This document shows, piece by piece, positions 38,478 to 53,315 of a stretch of 64,000 nt of DNA. Every line of letters begins with the position of its first letter. Position 1 is the first letter of the stretch. A program made the translations under genes and the position numbers. The notes beneath the pieces were generated by a model. The model did no database searches. It saw only the letters and a list, made by a program, of their open reading frames with translations, and had not been told where the DNA came from. Location of the stretch: the NCBI GenBank assembly GCA_951406725.2, contig OX597827.1, forward strand, positions 19,468,001 through 19,532,000, given 5' to 3'. Source of the stretch: Octopus vulgaris. Its lineage: Eukaryota.

Positions 38478-39086
38478 GTATTTGTTGTTTATCCTCTCTT
38501 TCGTTAAGAACACAAACAAAAAAACACGTATTTCTTAATTCTGGAATGCTACTTCTACTCATAATAAATTCACTGTTATTACTATTGCTACCGTTGTTGA
38601 TAAGGGCAACAAGTGGACAAGATTCACTCGCAGTGCAACAGCCTTTGCTCCTTCTACGACCCGAGTTTATAAAATAGCTTACCAATATTATTCAGGGAAT
38701 CTGTTCAGTGACTCTTAATTTCAAGATGAAGCATCATTATCAAACTTTGCTGTCCCATCAGAAGATCGAATTTACTTTCCGTCCCGTTGTTTTCACTAAA
38801 ATTTATTATCTGTAATACGGAATCCTATCGATTTATAATCCGTTTTAAAGATCGTGTTTTTCTATTTGCTAAAATATTTTCTATGTTGTACCATGAGAAA
38901 TATCAGCAACTTTTATTTTGATTTATGTTTTAAGAAGCTATTACTATTATTATTATTATTATTGTTAGGATGGCGATACCCCTGGCATACTTTTGTCAGC
39001 CACACGGCTCCGTCCATACGGCCAGTGTTTACGTCTGTTTTTATGTCGTTTAACTGTAGGTCAATCCTGGGGAAGCAACTCTTATG

Positions 39087-39707
39087 GGATCTTTTCTGTT
39101 TGAACGGCAGTTTTTTAAAAATAATTTCCACGTAAATAAACACTTTTAAACTTCGTACACTGGTAGAATGTGTTTATAAAACATCTTTTGGATCTTTTCT
39201 GTTTGAACGGCAGTTTTTAAAATAATTTCCACATAAATAAACACTTTTAAACTTCGTATACTGGTAGAATGTGTTTATAAAACATCTTTTGGATCTTTTC
39301 GGTTTAAACGGCAGTTTTTAAAATAATTTCCACATAAATAAACACTTTTAAACTTCGTATACTGGTAGAATGTGCTTATAAAACATCTTTTTCTCTTGGC
39401 TTTATTGAGAAAATTCTATAGTTTGTAAGATATTTGTTGTTTTTTTCTTCAATTTCTGCAATTTCAACCAATCAGTGACGTCTATTGAGGTAAAAAAAAC
39501 ATTCTGTGCCGTATGAATATGTCCCTCGTTTAAGAAACAGATTGGGTTTATTTACATTTGTGAAGAAAAAAAGATACCCTACCACCACCCCTAACTCTAA
39601 CCATAAAACAGATCGAAATGCAATAGATCGATACTAGGGTCATAATTATGGGTGACAATTTCATATGACATCGCTAGAAAAAACTGCCGTTCAAACCGAA
39701 AAGATCC
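39087..39707 (-). mobile_element. GGATC-TIR MITE with triplicated terminus
   Basis: TIR-bearing ~102-bp segment starts at 39087, 39190 and 39291. Confidence 0.9.
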
Positions 39708-40516
39708 ATGACTGTAGATGATGGTAGTGATGTTGATGTGAACATTAGCAAGAAATAGTGCAGAGAGGTATTCTAAATTCTTCGATGATTCCAAGTGATA
39801 TCTGTATGTTTGAGATTTGTTCCTATTACTGTAAACCACTAAAAGACATCATACCATTTACAAGTCATATTCTTTTTTTCTGGTTATTAAACGTGAAAAC
39901 AATGCAAATTCATATTACGTTCAAAGCAACGCTATCTCTTTTTGATGTTGATGGATTTAATAGTTCTAAAACAAAGATCCAAATACAAGATATACACAAA
40001 AAATTTCCCTTTGTTTTAATTTGGTAATTTGTTGGTCAATGCTCATCATCATCATCATTTAGCGTCCGCTTTCCATGCTAGAATGGGTTGGACGGTTCAA
40101 CTGGGGTCTGGGAAGCCAGAAGGCTGCACCAGGCCCAATCTGATCTGGCAGTGTTTCTACAGCTAGATGCCCTCCCTAACGCCAACCACTCCGTGAGTGT
40201 AGTGGGTGCTTTTACGTGCCGCCGACACAGGTGCCAGACGAGGCTGGCAAATGGCCACGATCGGATGGTGCTTTTTACGTGCCACCGGCATGAGGCCAGT
40301 CGGGGCAACGCTGGCAATGGCCATGTTCAGATGGTTTTCTTACGTACCACCGGCACTGGTATCACAGCTGCAATTTCCATTGATGTTGATCGATTTTGAT
40401 TTTCACTTGCCTCAACAGGTCTTCACAAGTAGAGTTATTAAAATATTAAGATATTTTAATAAGCTCATTAAAATATTTCTAACAAATATGTAACCATTGG
40501 AGAGGAACCTTACTTA

Positions 40517-41270
40517 TCATCATCGTTTAGCGTCTGTTTTCCATGCTAGCATGAGTTGGACGGTTCAACTGGGGTCTGGGAAGCCGGAAGGCTTCATCAG
40601 GCCTAGTCAGATCTGGCAGTGTTTCTATGGCTGGATGCCCTTCCTAACGCCAACCACTCCGTGAGTGTAGTGGGTGCTTTTTACGTGCCACTCGCACAGG
40701 TGCCAGACAGAGCTGGCAAATGGCCACGAACGGATGGTGCTTTTTATGTGCCAGGCGAGGCTGGCAACGGACACAAACGGATGGTGCTTTTTACGTGCCA
40801 CCGGCACGAGGCCAGTTGGGGCGGCGCTGGCAACGGTCTCTTATATGCCACCGGCACTGGTAACACATCTGCAATTTCCATTGATCGATTTCGATTCTGA
40901 TCCTCACTTGCCTCAACAGGTCTTCACAAGTGGAGTTTTGTGTCCCAAGAAGGGAAGGTATGCATACGTAGGCTGGCTCCATCCATGTAGAAGGCCACGG
41001 GTTATGGTCTCACTTGTCCTGCCGGGTCTTCTCGCGCACAGCACACTTCCAGAGGTCTCGGTCTCTAGTCATTTCCTCAGTGAGACCTAAAGTTCGAAGG
41101 TCGTGCTTCACCACCTCGTCCCAGGTTTTCCTGGGTCTGCCTCTTCCACAGGTTCCCTCAACCGCTAGGGTGTGGCACTTCTTCACACAACTATCTTCAT
41201 CCATTCTCGCCACATGCCCATACCAGCGCAAACGTCTCTCTTGCACACCACAACTGATGCTTCTTAGGTC
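40517..41270 (-). mobile_element. RTE-clade LINE 3' end
   Basis: RRLRWYGHVARMDEDSCV...GRGRPRKTW, same 3'UTR. Confidence 0.9.
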
Positions 41271-41431
41271 CTGCTTTTCTGACATTACACATCCATCGGA
41301 GCATACACTTATGTATAGTATTATTGTTTATGGAGATGCATTGCTCTAATAAAGTCTAAATGAATAGATTGTACAAATGTAACTGTTTGACTCTAATTAA
41401 AGTATAATTTCTTATTCCTTCTTACTCATAG

Positions 41432-41507
41432 GTAATTATCCAGGGTTTCCGGAGTTACCGAGACCAAACTGTAGTGGAACCTTTTAGTTCCAGGCATAAT
41501 GTTATTG
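41432..41507 (+). CDS. SMC3: SMC3 exon 2
   Basis: AG/GT bounded, VIIQGFRSYRDQTVVEPFSSRHNVI, 76 nt. Confidence 0.97.
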
Positions 41508-41662
41508 GTATGTACTAATTTCCTGTATCACATTGTTTAAATAAAATTATTTTTAGTTATTCCATAGTTGAACTACTAAACCCTTGAATATGTTTGTTCA
41601 TCCACCAGTTTTGGTAAAATAGACAGTGCACTCTCACTTAGTTGTGATATTTCTCTTTGCAG

Positions 41663-41701
41663 TGGGCAGAAATGGATCTGGAAAAAGCAATTTCTTCTAT
41701 G
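41663..41701 (+). CDS. SMC3: SMC3 exon 3 (Walker A)
   Basis: (V)GRNGSGKSNFFY P-loop, AG/GT bounded, 39 nt. Confidence 0.97.
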
Positions 41702-42042
41702 GTAAGTAACCTGTCTTCTTACCTGCCAACTCGTCTGTTTCCAATGATTGTGTCACCCACAGTTTTAAACTTTTGGCCTTCATTCCTTTCCTCTTATCTA
41801 CATTTTAATCCCTTAATCCCATTGTTTTTATTACTACCTTCTATAACCCTGTCCCTCTCTCTTCAGTTTCACATGCTTTTTTGTTTCTACTTCTCAGTGG
41901 AAGATCACAGCTCACACATTCTTTTTAGCTATTTCTAAACAAAGATTTATAAATGAATGCTGTTAATTTTGATATGGTTAATGTATAAATCTGAATTAGT
42001 GATAGTTGATAATAATATAACTAGATACATAATGCAAACGTT

Positions 42043-42444
42043 GGATCATTTCGGTTTGAATGGCAGTTTTTTCTAGCGGTGTCATATGAAATTGTCACTC
42101 ATAATTATGACCCTAGAATCGATCTATTGCATTTCACTCTCTTTTAGGGTGGGGAGAAGGGTATCTTTTTTTCTTCACAAATGTAAATAAACCCAATGTT
42201 TCTTAAACAAGGGACATATTCATACGGCACAAATGCTTTTTACCTCAATAGACGTCAGTGATGGGTTGAAATTGCAGAAATTGAAGAAAAAAACCCCACA
42301 AATATCTTACAAACTATAGAATTTTCTCAATAAAGCCAAGAGAAAAAGATGTTTTATAAACACATTCTACCAGTATACGAAGCTTAAAATTTTTTAGTTA
42401 CCTAGAAATTATGTTAAAAACTGACGTTCAAACCGAAAAGATCC
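42043..42444 (+). mobile_element. GGATC-TIR MITE
   Basis: TIRs and TSD CAAACGTT/CAAACATT. Confidence 0.9.
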
Positions 42445-43397
42445 CAAACATTATCTTAGACTAGAACTGAGAATGTATCTGAGGAAGTGGCCACACTTAA
42501 AATTTACTTTTCTGTAAGGTAAATATGAAGAAAATTGCACTTTCTCAAAGGTTATTATTTTTAGCAGAATTTTGGAAGGAAAGTGATAATGTCAAACTTG
42601 TGTGTTACTAAAACTCATCTCTTGTGCAGTGTTCTTCAGCCTTCCAAAAACCGTTTAACGATAAAAATTAACAAATCAACAATTTAACCAAAACAGCTAC
42701 TTTCAGGCTCACAGTAAAAAGGCAATTCGACTTCACCGATTCGTTTCTTTATTACCCATAAAGGGCTACACAGAGGGGACAATACAAACATTGAGTACAT
42801 TTTAACTTGTCATTTCCACTAGTGTTTGGTTATATCAGTTTACATGGGGTGGGTTCCTGGGAGCTTAATTCTAGAAGCCATTGCTGTCAGGATCTAAGGA
42901 AATCAGTTAAAATATTTAGTATGGGTTTTGGAATGTGATGTAGAGTGAAGATTATGTGAAAAGGAACTAGTTAACTGGTTAAATTTAGTAAAGAATAGAA
43001 TTTGTAAGTGTTGGGGAGTAGAAACCATTTTATATGTGGGTTTGCCTATTCTCATGTTGGATGTTTTAAGTCTTGTATTTTTAGACTAAAAAAATGCCAT
43101 TACTTTCCACCACTGAGTTATTCCTTATCTGTTATTATCTGATCTACTCCTACTATAATTTTGTGGGCTAAGAAGCTACTACCAGATCCAGTTGGCTGTT
43201 TTAATATAACATTGTTACAGCAAGAGAACAGTTCAGCAGAGGGCCTGTGGAAAATCATTTTTTTTTTTTAGGGTTAAGGTTAGGGTTAGATCAACTCCAC
43301 TCAGTGTTATTGCCATGATGATGATGCAGTTGTTTTTGTTCTTAATTTGTTTTTCTCTTTTTATAGGAAGTTGGTTGCTGGTTATTGTGAAGTTTAA

Positions 43398-43592
<195 letters not shown>

Positions 43593-43660
43593 TGATAATA
43601 GTCACAGTTTACCATAAATGTAAATTGATTTTTCAGAAGGCACAGGTGTATCTGTTGTCT

Positions 43661-44741
43661 TTAACCCTTTCGTTACCAAACCGCCCAAAGCCGCCCGAAC
43701 AAAATTTTGGTTTATGAAACCAAACCGCCCAAAGCCGCCCGAATTTACCTATTCATATTTAAATGAGAATATCAGAGCAAATCTCTTCAGTACATTCGTG
43801 AAAACACGTATTATACTTCGTAAACAGTTCAACTACAGTTTTGTACAATAATCGAAGTGTAATTTTAATTCCGTGAATTTTGGGAGATTTTTTTCCGAAA
43901 TTTGTTCCTATTGTGTTTTCAAAATTTGTAATTCTGACAAAAAATGGATACGAATTTCATTATATCAAGCAGCGAGTCAGAATTCGAAGGATTTTCTACT
44001 GAAGACCTTCATAAAATCTAACTCTATGACTGAAAAAAAAAGCATGTGGTATTTGATAATGAATCTGATGTTTCATTTTCCGAAAGTGAAAACAGTGAAT
44101 CTGAGATCTCCGATAGCGATAAAGAAAACGAATTGGCACCTGAATGGAGTGAAAATTTAAAAACTGTTTCTTTCGGTGATTTTTCTGAAGAAACTGGACC
44201 AAGCCACAGACTTTCCCAGGAGAGTAAAGCCTTAGACTATTTCTTTTTACATTTTCGAATGAGCCTATTTGAAATCATTACAGCGGAGACGAACCGTTAC
44301 GGTAAATGTAAACAAAGCAAAAGAAACGATAGTTTGTGGTTTCCCTCAACCTTAAATGAAATTAAGACTATTTTGCCGTAAATATTATTATGGGTATCAG
44401 AATAACAAATTCTATCGTAAAATTTTGTTATATACCCAATTGAATATTAGCTAATAACCCATTTTCTATAGCGATGTTTGAACAAAATTTTAATAATTTT
44501 ATATTTTGTGGAATTTACCTGTATCTACCTGCAATTAGAGTCACTTTGAGACAAAAATTATAGTATAGAATTGGTTGAGAATATTTCATTAAATTATCTT
44601 CCAAAATCAGATTGATATATCGATAAATAAAAAAGTTATAGTTGTTTAATGAAACCAGACTAAATTTATGATTACGTTAGAAATTAATTGATACACATAA
44701 GGGGTGTAATTTGGTCAGAAATATAGTAATGAAAGGGTTAA
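43661..44741 (+). mobile_element. Internally deleted piggyBac element with transposase N-terminal remnant
   Basis: TTAA TSDs and CCCTTTCGTTAC/GTAATGAAAGGG TIRs. Acidic N-terminus followed by LDYFFLHF..SLFEIITAETNRY...W.P.TLNEIK, typical of piggyBac transposases, broken by stops and a frameshift. Confidence 0.88.
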
Positions 44742-45299
44742 GATGCTCAACATCTGAAGATCATTTTTCAGCACTTTGTTCCATATCTTCCTGAGTCTAC
44801 CTCTTCCACAGGTTCTCTCCACAGCTGGTGGCATGTAAAAAGCACCATCCAATCATGGCCGTTTGCCAGCCTCGTTTGGCACCTGTGCCGGTGGCATGTA
44901 AAAAGCAGCCACTACACTCATGGAGTGGTTGGCATTAGGAAGGGCATCCAGCTGTAGAAACACTGCCAGATCAGACTGGGCCTGGTGCAGCCTTCTGGCT
45001 TCCCAGACCCCAGTTGAACCGTCCAACCCATGCTAGCATGGAAAGCGGACGTTAAACGATGATGATGATGACTTCTTTATGCAGCTGTCCTCATCCTTAC
45101 GCATCACATGACCATACCAGCAATGCTGCTTATAACCATTTTTTTTTCTCAAAGCCTTTATACTTTGTTATACATGCACATCCAGCAGAGCATGCTGGCT
45201 TTCATTTCTTTCAAGCTTTGTAGAATACTTATATACATAACAACACCATGCATAAATATATAGATCTGAGAAAAACGTTTATTTTTTTTTCTTCCATAG

Positions 45300-45379
45300 A
45301 TTGATAAGGATGAAGTTGTTCTACGTCGCGTTATTGGTTCAAAGAAAGACCAATATTTTTTAGACAAGAAAATGGTCAC
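45300..45379 (+). CDS. SMC3: SMC3 exon 5
   Basis: IDKDEVVLRRVIGSKKDQYFLDKKMV, 80 nt, AG/GT. Confidence 0.97.
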
Positions 45380-45540
45380 GTAAGTACTTGATTCTCCCTG
45401 TTTCTTCCCTTTATATATTTTTACAAAGAGATTATCTAAGTAGGCTGGGGAGGTGGGGGTTGGCCTAAGAAATAATCTCTTTAAGTAACTCTCATCGACT
45501 TATCCTGAAGGTTTACTGAGATGAATGTATTTGGTATTAC

Positions 45541-45959
45541 GGATCTTTTCAGTTTGAACGGCAGTTTTTTCAAGCGGTGTCATATGAAAATGGTGCACAT
45601 AATTATGACCCTAGTATCGATCTATTGCATTTCAATCTGTTTTAGGGTTAGGGGTGGGGGTATGGTATCTTTTTTTCTTCACAAATGTAAATAAACCCAA
45701 TCTGTTTCTTAAACGAGGGACATATTCATACAGCACAGAATGTGTTTTTTTTACCTCAATGGACGTTATTGATTGGTTGAAATTGCAGAAATTGAAGAAA
45801 AAAAAAACAACAAATATCTTACAAACTATAGAATTTTCTCAATAAAGCCAAGAGAAAAAGATGAAGGTTTACTGACACATTCTACCAGTATACGAAGTTT
45901 AAAATTTTTTAGTTACCTAGAAATTATGTTAAAAACTGCCATTCAAACCGAAAAGATCC
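45541..45959 (+). mobile_element. GGATC-TIR MITE
   Basis: TIRs and 8-bp TSD GGTATTAC. Confidence 0.9.
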
Positions 45960-46539
45960 GGTATTACCATCATGTCTGCTTTTTCCATGCTGGCATGCAT
46001 TGAGTGATACATATTGAAGTAGTATGCTATGGCTAGAAGCTTTTTCCATTTATCAAATAAGGTGTTATTCCATTGATTGATCTTTACCTGTTGAAACTAC
46101 TGAGTTACCAGATGTATTGCATGTGACATGTCACCATTATTTAAATGGTCGGAGATTTGGACAGTACTCGCGTGTATGTGCACACGCACGCAGCTGTATA
46201 TGCATGCACTAGCACTATGACCTGGCGTTGCCGGGTCATAGTGCTAGTTTCTTCTATTTCATTACATACCTCTGTGTTAGTTGGACCAAAATATTAGAAT
46301 GAAGTTTGCCTTCCATTATTCCAAGGTTGATAAAATGCTAGATCAGTTCAATCAATTACATTCGCCCCGACAAAATATATGGGCTTCTACCTATATTAGA
46401 AATCATTATATTCGTTTGTTTTAACCAATAAAGCTACACTTTCATTTATTAAAAACATTTGTCTAGTTATACCTTAGTTTATCTATATTTACATAGTATT
46501 GATTGAAAATTTTGTTTATTATTTGTGTGGAAATAATAA

Positions 46540-46671
<132 letters not shown>

Positions 46672-47774
46672 TAGCATGTCATTTTGATGCGTTCATGTAC
46701 TGCAGTTTCCCTGCCTTGGTTCTGTATGCATCTGTTTTCACATTCTTTGCTGAGATAATATTTTGCCATTACTTTAGAAATTTCCTATTGTGAATATCCC
46801 CTGACTGGCTTCTGTGCAGGTGGTACGTAAAAAGCACCAACCGATCGTGGCCGCTGCCAGTCTCCCCTGGCACCTGTGCCGATGGCACGTAAAAAGCACT
46901 AACCGATCATGGCCGCTGCCAGTCTCCCCTGGCAATTGTGCCGGTGGCACGTAAAAAGCACCAACCGATCGTGGCTGCTGCCACTCTCCCCTGGCACCTG
47001 TGCCGGTGGCACGTAAAAAGCACCAACCGATCGTGGCCACTGCCAGTCTCCCCTGGCACCTGTGCCGGTGGCACGTAAAAAGCACCCACTTCACTCATGG
47101 AGTGGTTGGCGTTAGGAAGGGCATCCAGCTGTAGAAACACTGCCAGATCAGACTGGAGCCTGGTGCAGCCTTCTGGCTTCTCAGAACCCGGTCGAACCGT
47201 GCTAGCATGGAAAACGGACGTTAAACGATGATGATGATATCTTTCGTGCCTGCCCATCTGTGTATAACAAACCTGTCTGCTCATCTAGGTAACAAGACAT
47301 TTTGTTACCACATCCTTCCTGTAAAGCTGTATCACTCCAGCCGGTCAATCATTATGTGTATCCATGGAGTCACACTTTCTGTGTATTCTTCAGTTAATCT
47401 TTTTCTGTGTCTTCCAGCTAATTTCACTGTATCTCTCCAATGAAATCGGTGTAGTGGAGGCACGTGGCCTTGTGGTTAGAGCAGCGGACTCGCGGTCGAA
47501 GGATCACGGGTTCGAATCTCGGAACCGGGTGATGTGTGTGTTTATGAGCGAAACACCTAAGCTCCACACAGCTCCAGCAGAAGGTAATGGCGAACTTCTG
47601 CTAACTCTTCTGCTACAACTTTCTCTCACTCTTTCCTCCTGCATCTTGCAGCTCACCTGCGACGGACCGGCGTCCTGTCCAGGTGGGGAACCTATATGCC
47701 AAGAAACTGGGAAACCGGCCCTTATAAACCAGGCATGGCTCGAGAAGGAACAAACAAACAACAACCTATGATGA

Positions 47775-47996
<222 letters not shown>

Positions 47997-48095
47997 TAAT
48001 TAAATTTTTTCATGATAGCAAAGAATGGAGGTTATCTAATTCTATGAATTGAATGAGTTGATACAATATTTTGCAATATTTTATAACTCAAATTG

Positions 48096-48506
48096 GGATC
48101 TTTTCAGTTTGAACGGCAGTTTTTAACATAATTTCTAGGTAACTAAAAAATTTTAAACTTCATATACTGGTAGAATGTGTTTATAAAACATCTTTTTCTC
48201 TTGGCTTTATTGAGAAAATTCTAGTTTGTAAGATATTTGTTGTTGTTTTTTCTTCAATTTCTGCAATTTCAACCAATCAATGACGTCTATTGAGGTGCAA
48301 ACATTCTGTGCCGTATGAATATGTCCCTCATTTAAGAAACAGATTGGGTTTATTTATATTTGTAAAGAAAAAAAGATACCCTTCACCCCACCCCTAACCC
48401 TAAAATAGATTGAAATGCAATAAATCTATACTAGGGTCATAATTATGGGTGACAGTTTCATATGACACCGCTAGAAAAAAAACTGCCGTTCAAACGGAAA
48501 AGATCC
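48096..48506 (-). mobile_element. GGATC-TIR MITE
   Basis: Both TIRs present, no clear TSD. Confidence 0.88.
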
Positions 48507-48673
48507 ATTTTGTGTTAACTTCGGGAAGTCTACTACAGAGACTTTGAGCATTTGTTTGGCAAGCTTATTGCAATGAGGCAATGGGTTGTATGCAAAGTTT
48601 TGAGTGGCACAGATGCTTCAAAAGTAGAACATCCCTGGAAGACCTGCCACGAGCATCACCTTTGGAAATGTGA

Positions 48674-49835
<1,162 letters not shown>

Positions 49836-49938
49836 CTCAGACTTTCACATGTGGTTGAACCTTCATTTTCATGGCTTCATGTGACTGAACAGTTGACATA
49901 TTTCATATCGCTATCATTGACAAACTATGTATTTTTAT

Positions 49939-50325
49939 TAGGGAGAGTTTACGAAAAAAAAACAACAAAAGATGAAGACAGGTGGTGTACAAAACAAACA
50001 GGAATAGAAAAAGCCTTTTACGTTTTGAGCCTACGCTTTTCTACAGAAAGGGACACAGAATAAACAAGGGGAGAAAAAAAATGTGTGTAGTGGCTAACGA
50101 TCTATCTCTCTCTCTCTCTATATATATACATATATAGGGAGAGTTTACAAAAAAAACAAAAGACGAAGACAGGTGGTGTACAAAATAAAAAAGATGTATT
50201 AGTATAACGCTCAGGAATAGAAAAAGTCTTTTACGTTTCGAGCCTACGCTCTTCTACAGAAAGGTACACAGAAAAAACAAGGAGAGAAAAAAATTGTGTG
50301 TAGTGGCTAACGATCTATCATGGCG
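49939..50325 (-). mobile_element. Tandem (~2 units) Penelope pseudo-LTR-like repeat, each unit with a hammerhead-like motif
   Basis: Units start at 49939 and 50135. Minus strand 50227-50263 reads CTTT-CTGTAGA-a-GAGC-gtag-GCTC-GAAACGTA-AAAG. A related copy lies at ~5365-5525 (+). Confidence 0.6.
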
Positions 50326-51281
50326 TATTTTTATTGCCCATGTGGCTGAAATAGTGTAATTTTTTTTTTGTTTTTCATGATACTAAATTTACATTATATT
50401 TTCCATTTACGTAACTAAATTGCCAACATGTGTCTATTTACATGTGGCTGAGCTGTTCCTTGTGACTGAAAACTATCATATCTAGGTGGTCTGTCATGTT
50501 TCAGGTTGGAGAATTCTTATATGCTTTAAGCCTTTAGTGTTCAAATAAATTTGGCAAAAATAATCCTTATTTATTCACATTTAAAAAAATTTATCTGATA
50601 TTATTTTGTAGCTTCAAGATAGGAAAGATGTAATTGCTTATTTTTAGAATGACATTGCTGGGTAGGTGTGAGATTCTGGTTCTGGCCAGTTTGAGCATAA
50701 AATGTGTAGAATATTCGGGCCGGATACAGCCGGTTTAAACACTAAAGGGCTAACTCTCTTTACTTTTTTACTTGTTTCAGTCATTTGACTGCGGCCATGC
50801 TGGAGCACCGCCTTTAATCGAGCAACTCGACCCCGGGACTTATTCTTTGTAAGCCCAGTACTTATTCTATCGGTCTTTTTTTGCCGAACCGCTAAGTGAC
50901 GGGGACATAAACACACCAGCATCGGTTGTCAAGCAATGCTAGGGGGACAAACACACACACACATACATATATATACATATATATGACGGGCTTCTTTCAG
51001 TTTCCGTCTCCCAAATCCACTCACAAGGCTTTGGTCAGCCCAAGGCTATAGTAGAAGACACTTGCCCAAGGTGCCACGCAGTGGGACTGAACCCGGAACC
51101 ATGTGGTTGGTAAGCAAGCTACTTACCACACAGCCACTCAGAAGAATATTATATCCAGTATGAGGGGAGGGGGGTCTGTTGAAAGCAGAAAGGTAAACCA
51201 GCAGCTGTTTTTATGAATCGAGTGGAATGATATTCCTGAGTGAGTTACAGACATTAATGGATTGTTTATTTGATTGGCCAG

Positions 51282-51342
51282 GTCTCTAGAATACACCATC
51301 CATGACCATGAACTGAGAGATACCAGGAAGAAGTTGGATGAG
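51282..51342 (+). CDS. SMC3: SMC3 exon 9
   Basis: (R)SLEYTIHDHELRDTRKKLDE, 61 nt, AG/GT, phase matches. Confidence 0.95.
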
Positions 51343-51555
51343 GTGAGGGTTGAAAATTTCTAAATTTTGCTGTTGTTTGTTGTGTCTTATTTGTTGCTAC
51401 TTATATTCTCCATAACAGATTTAAAATGATATATTGATGAGAGAAGTTTCAGCTGAGGTGGCCACTTCACTGTGGTTAAAATGAGAATAAACAACTTTTT
51501 GTGGAACTGAGTAGAAATGAGCTTCTACATGGCACACGCTGAACAATCAATTTTG

Positions 51556-51960
51556 GGATCTTTTCGGTTTGAACGGCAGTTTTTTTCTAGCGGTGTCATA
51601 TGAAATTGTCACCCATAATTATGACCCTAGTATCGATCTATTGCATTTCAATCTGTTTTAGGGTTAGGGGGAAGGGTATCTTTTTTTCTTCACAAATGTA
51701 AATAAACCCAATCTGTTTCTTAAACGAGGGACATATTCATACGGCACAGAATGTTTTTTTACCTCAATGGACGTCAGTGATTGGTTGAAATTGCAGAAAT
51801 TGAAGAAAAAAAAAAACAAATATCTTACAAACTATAGAATTTTCTCAATAAAGCCAAGAGAAAAAGATGTTCTATAAACACATTCTACCAGGATACGAAG
51901 TTTAAAATTTTTTAGTTACCTAGAAATTGTTAAAAACTGCCATTCAAACCGAAAGGATCC
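51556..51960 (+). mobile_element. GGATC-TIR MITE
   Basis: Both TIRs present, no clear TSD. Confidence 0.88.
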
Positions 51961-52580
51961 GGTTCCTGAACTAGTTATGTTTAATAAAAAAATAACTTAT
52001 TTACTTAAGATTTAGCATTATCTCTTTTGAAATAGTCACCTTGTGCAACAATACAACGGTGTTAAAACAGCAACCTTTGAGCTGCATTTTCATCTTGGGG
52101 AAGAGATGGGAGTCTGCAGGGGCTAAATCTGGCAAATAGGACAGGTGTGGAAGTGATACCATGTTTTTGGTGAGAAACTCACAAGTGGGTAGAGCTTGGT
52201 GAAGAATCCGATTCTTCGTGCTTCACAGATCAGGTCACTTTTGCAGAATGCCTTCACTCACATGCTTCAAAACATTGCAGTAGGACTCTGAATTGATGGT
52301 CTGGCCCTGGGAACAAATTCACAGGGGTGACTCTTGTGGCAGGTCTTCCAGGGACATTCTTTCATTTTTGAAGCACCAGTGCCACTTGAAACATTGCCTA
52401 CAACTTGTCACCTTGCTGCCGTAAGCTTGCTGAAGCATGCTCAGTGTCTCTAGAGCAGATTCCCCGAGTTTAACACAAAATTTGACATTGGCTCTTTGTT
52501 GCCGGCTACAGCATATACGTGATCACAAAAACACAAATTTCACAACTTGTGAAGTAAACAGCGATTTCACTTGGCACACT
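51961..52580 (-). pseudogene. Decayed mariner transposase
   Basis: Minus strand gives QQRANVKFCVKLG..ALETLSMLQQAYG (N-terminal HTH) and PHLSYLPDLAPADSHLFPKMK (YSPDLAP.D motif). Confidence 0.75.
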
Positions 52581-52874
52581 TGCTCTCAGTGCACACGCAA
52601 CTATGTGTTGCCATCTATTGGCACACTGCAAAGCTAGTCCACAAACTTTTTGATACCACCTCGTATGTGTATGGCATGGTTGAGAAAGACATCAACTGCT
52701 CTGCCTGCAATGCCAAGACCAAGCTGCTGGCTGATTTCAAGATGGTCTTTGAAGATCTTCCCAGGAACACAGTGAGGACTGCATACATCAAGTTCTAGAG
52801 CTGTCTTGAGCCAATGGTGGAAGCTGAGGATGGCTACTTTTAGTTCACTGTTATTTCCCACTCATAATCTAGAT

Positions 52875-53315
52875 AATAATAATGATAATAATAATTATAA
52901 GTGGATGTAAACACATGAACAAAATAAGAATAAACAAAAACAAATTACACGAACGTATATTAACAGAAGATACAAATATTACAAGCATTCCCCCTCCCAT
53001 AGACGCACTTAGAGATATACGCATGCGCAAATGAAGACACATACAATAGAAATACAAAGTGGCTGACTGTTAATAAGGAGAGACACACAAATAAGAAAGA
53101 AGAAAGCAAAGGACCACTGATGCGGTCACAGAAGTGTGACGAAAGAACTCTGGCCGAAATAAGATTAAGATTAATGTAAAAAATAAATAACACCAAATAT
53201 ATAGTGCGTGTGTTTTTATTGGCTAAACTGGCAAAATGACCATTCCGAAATACAACAATATCTGTTTCAACACATGATTTCACATAAAAAATCTTGCGTA
53301 ACAAATATATAAACG
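52875..53315 (+). mobile_element. Penelope-like fragment with hammerhead-like motif (53111-53155) and 10-bp TSD
   Basis: TAATCTAGAT at 52865-52874 and 53316-53325. CCA-CTGATGC-g-GTCACA-gaag-TGTGAC-GAAA-GAAC-TC^-TGG. Confidence 0.55.

Noticed and set aside
44046-44381. 111-aa ORF as a domesticated PGBD gene
   Set aside because: It sits inside an internally deleted piggyBac with upstream stops, a frameshift and no catalytic DDD domain.
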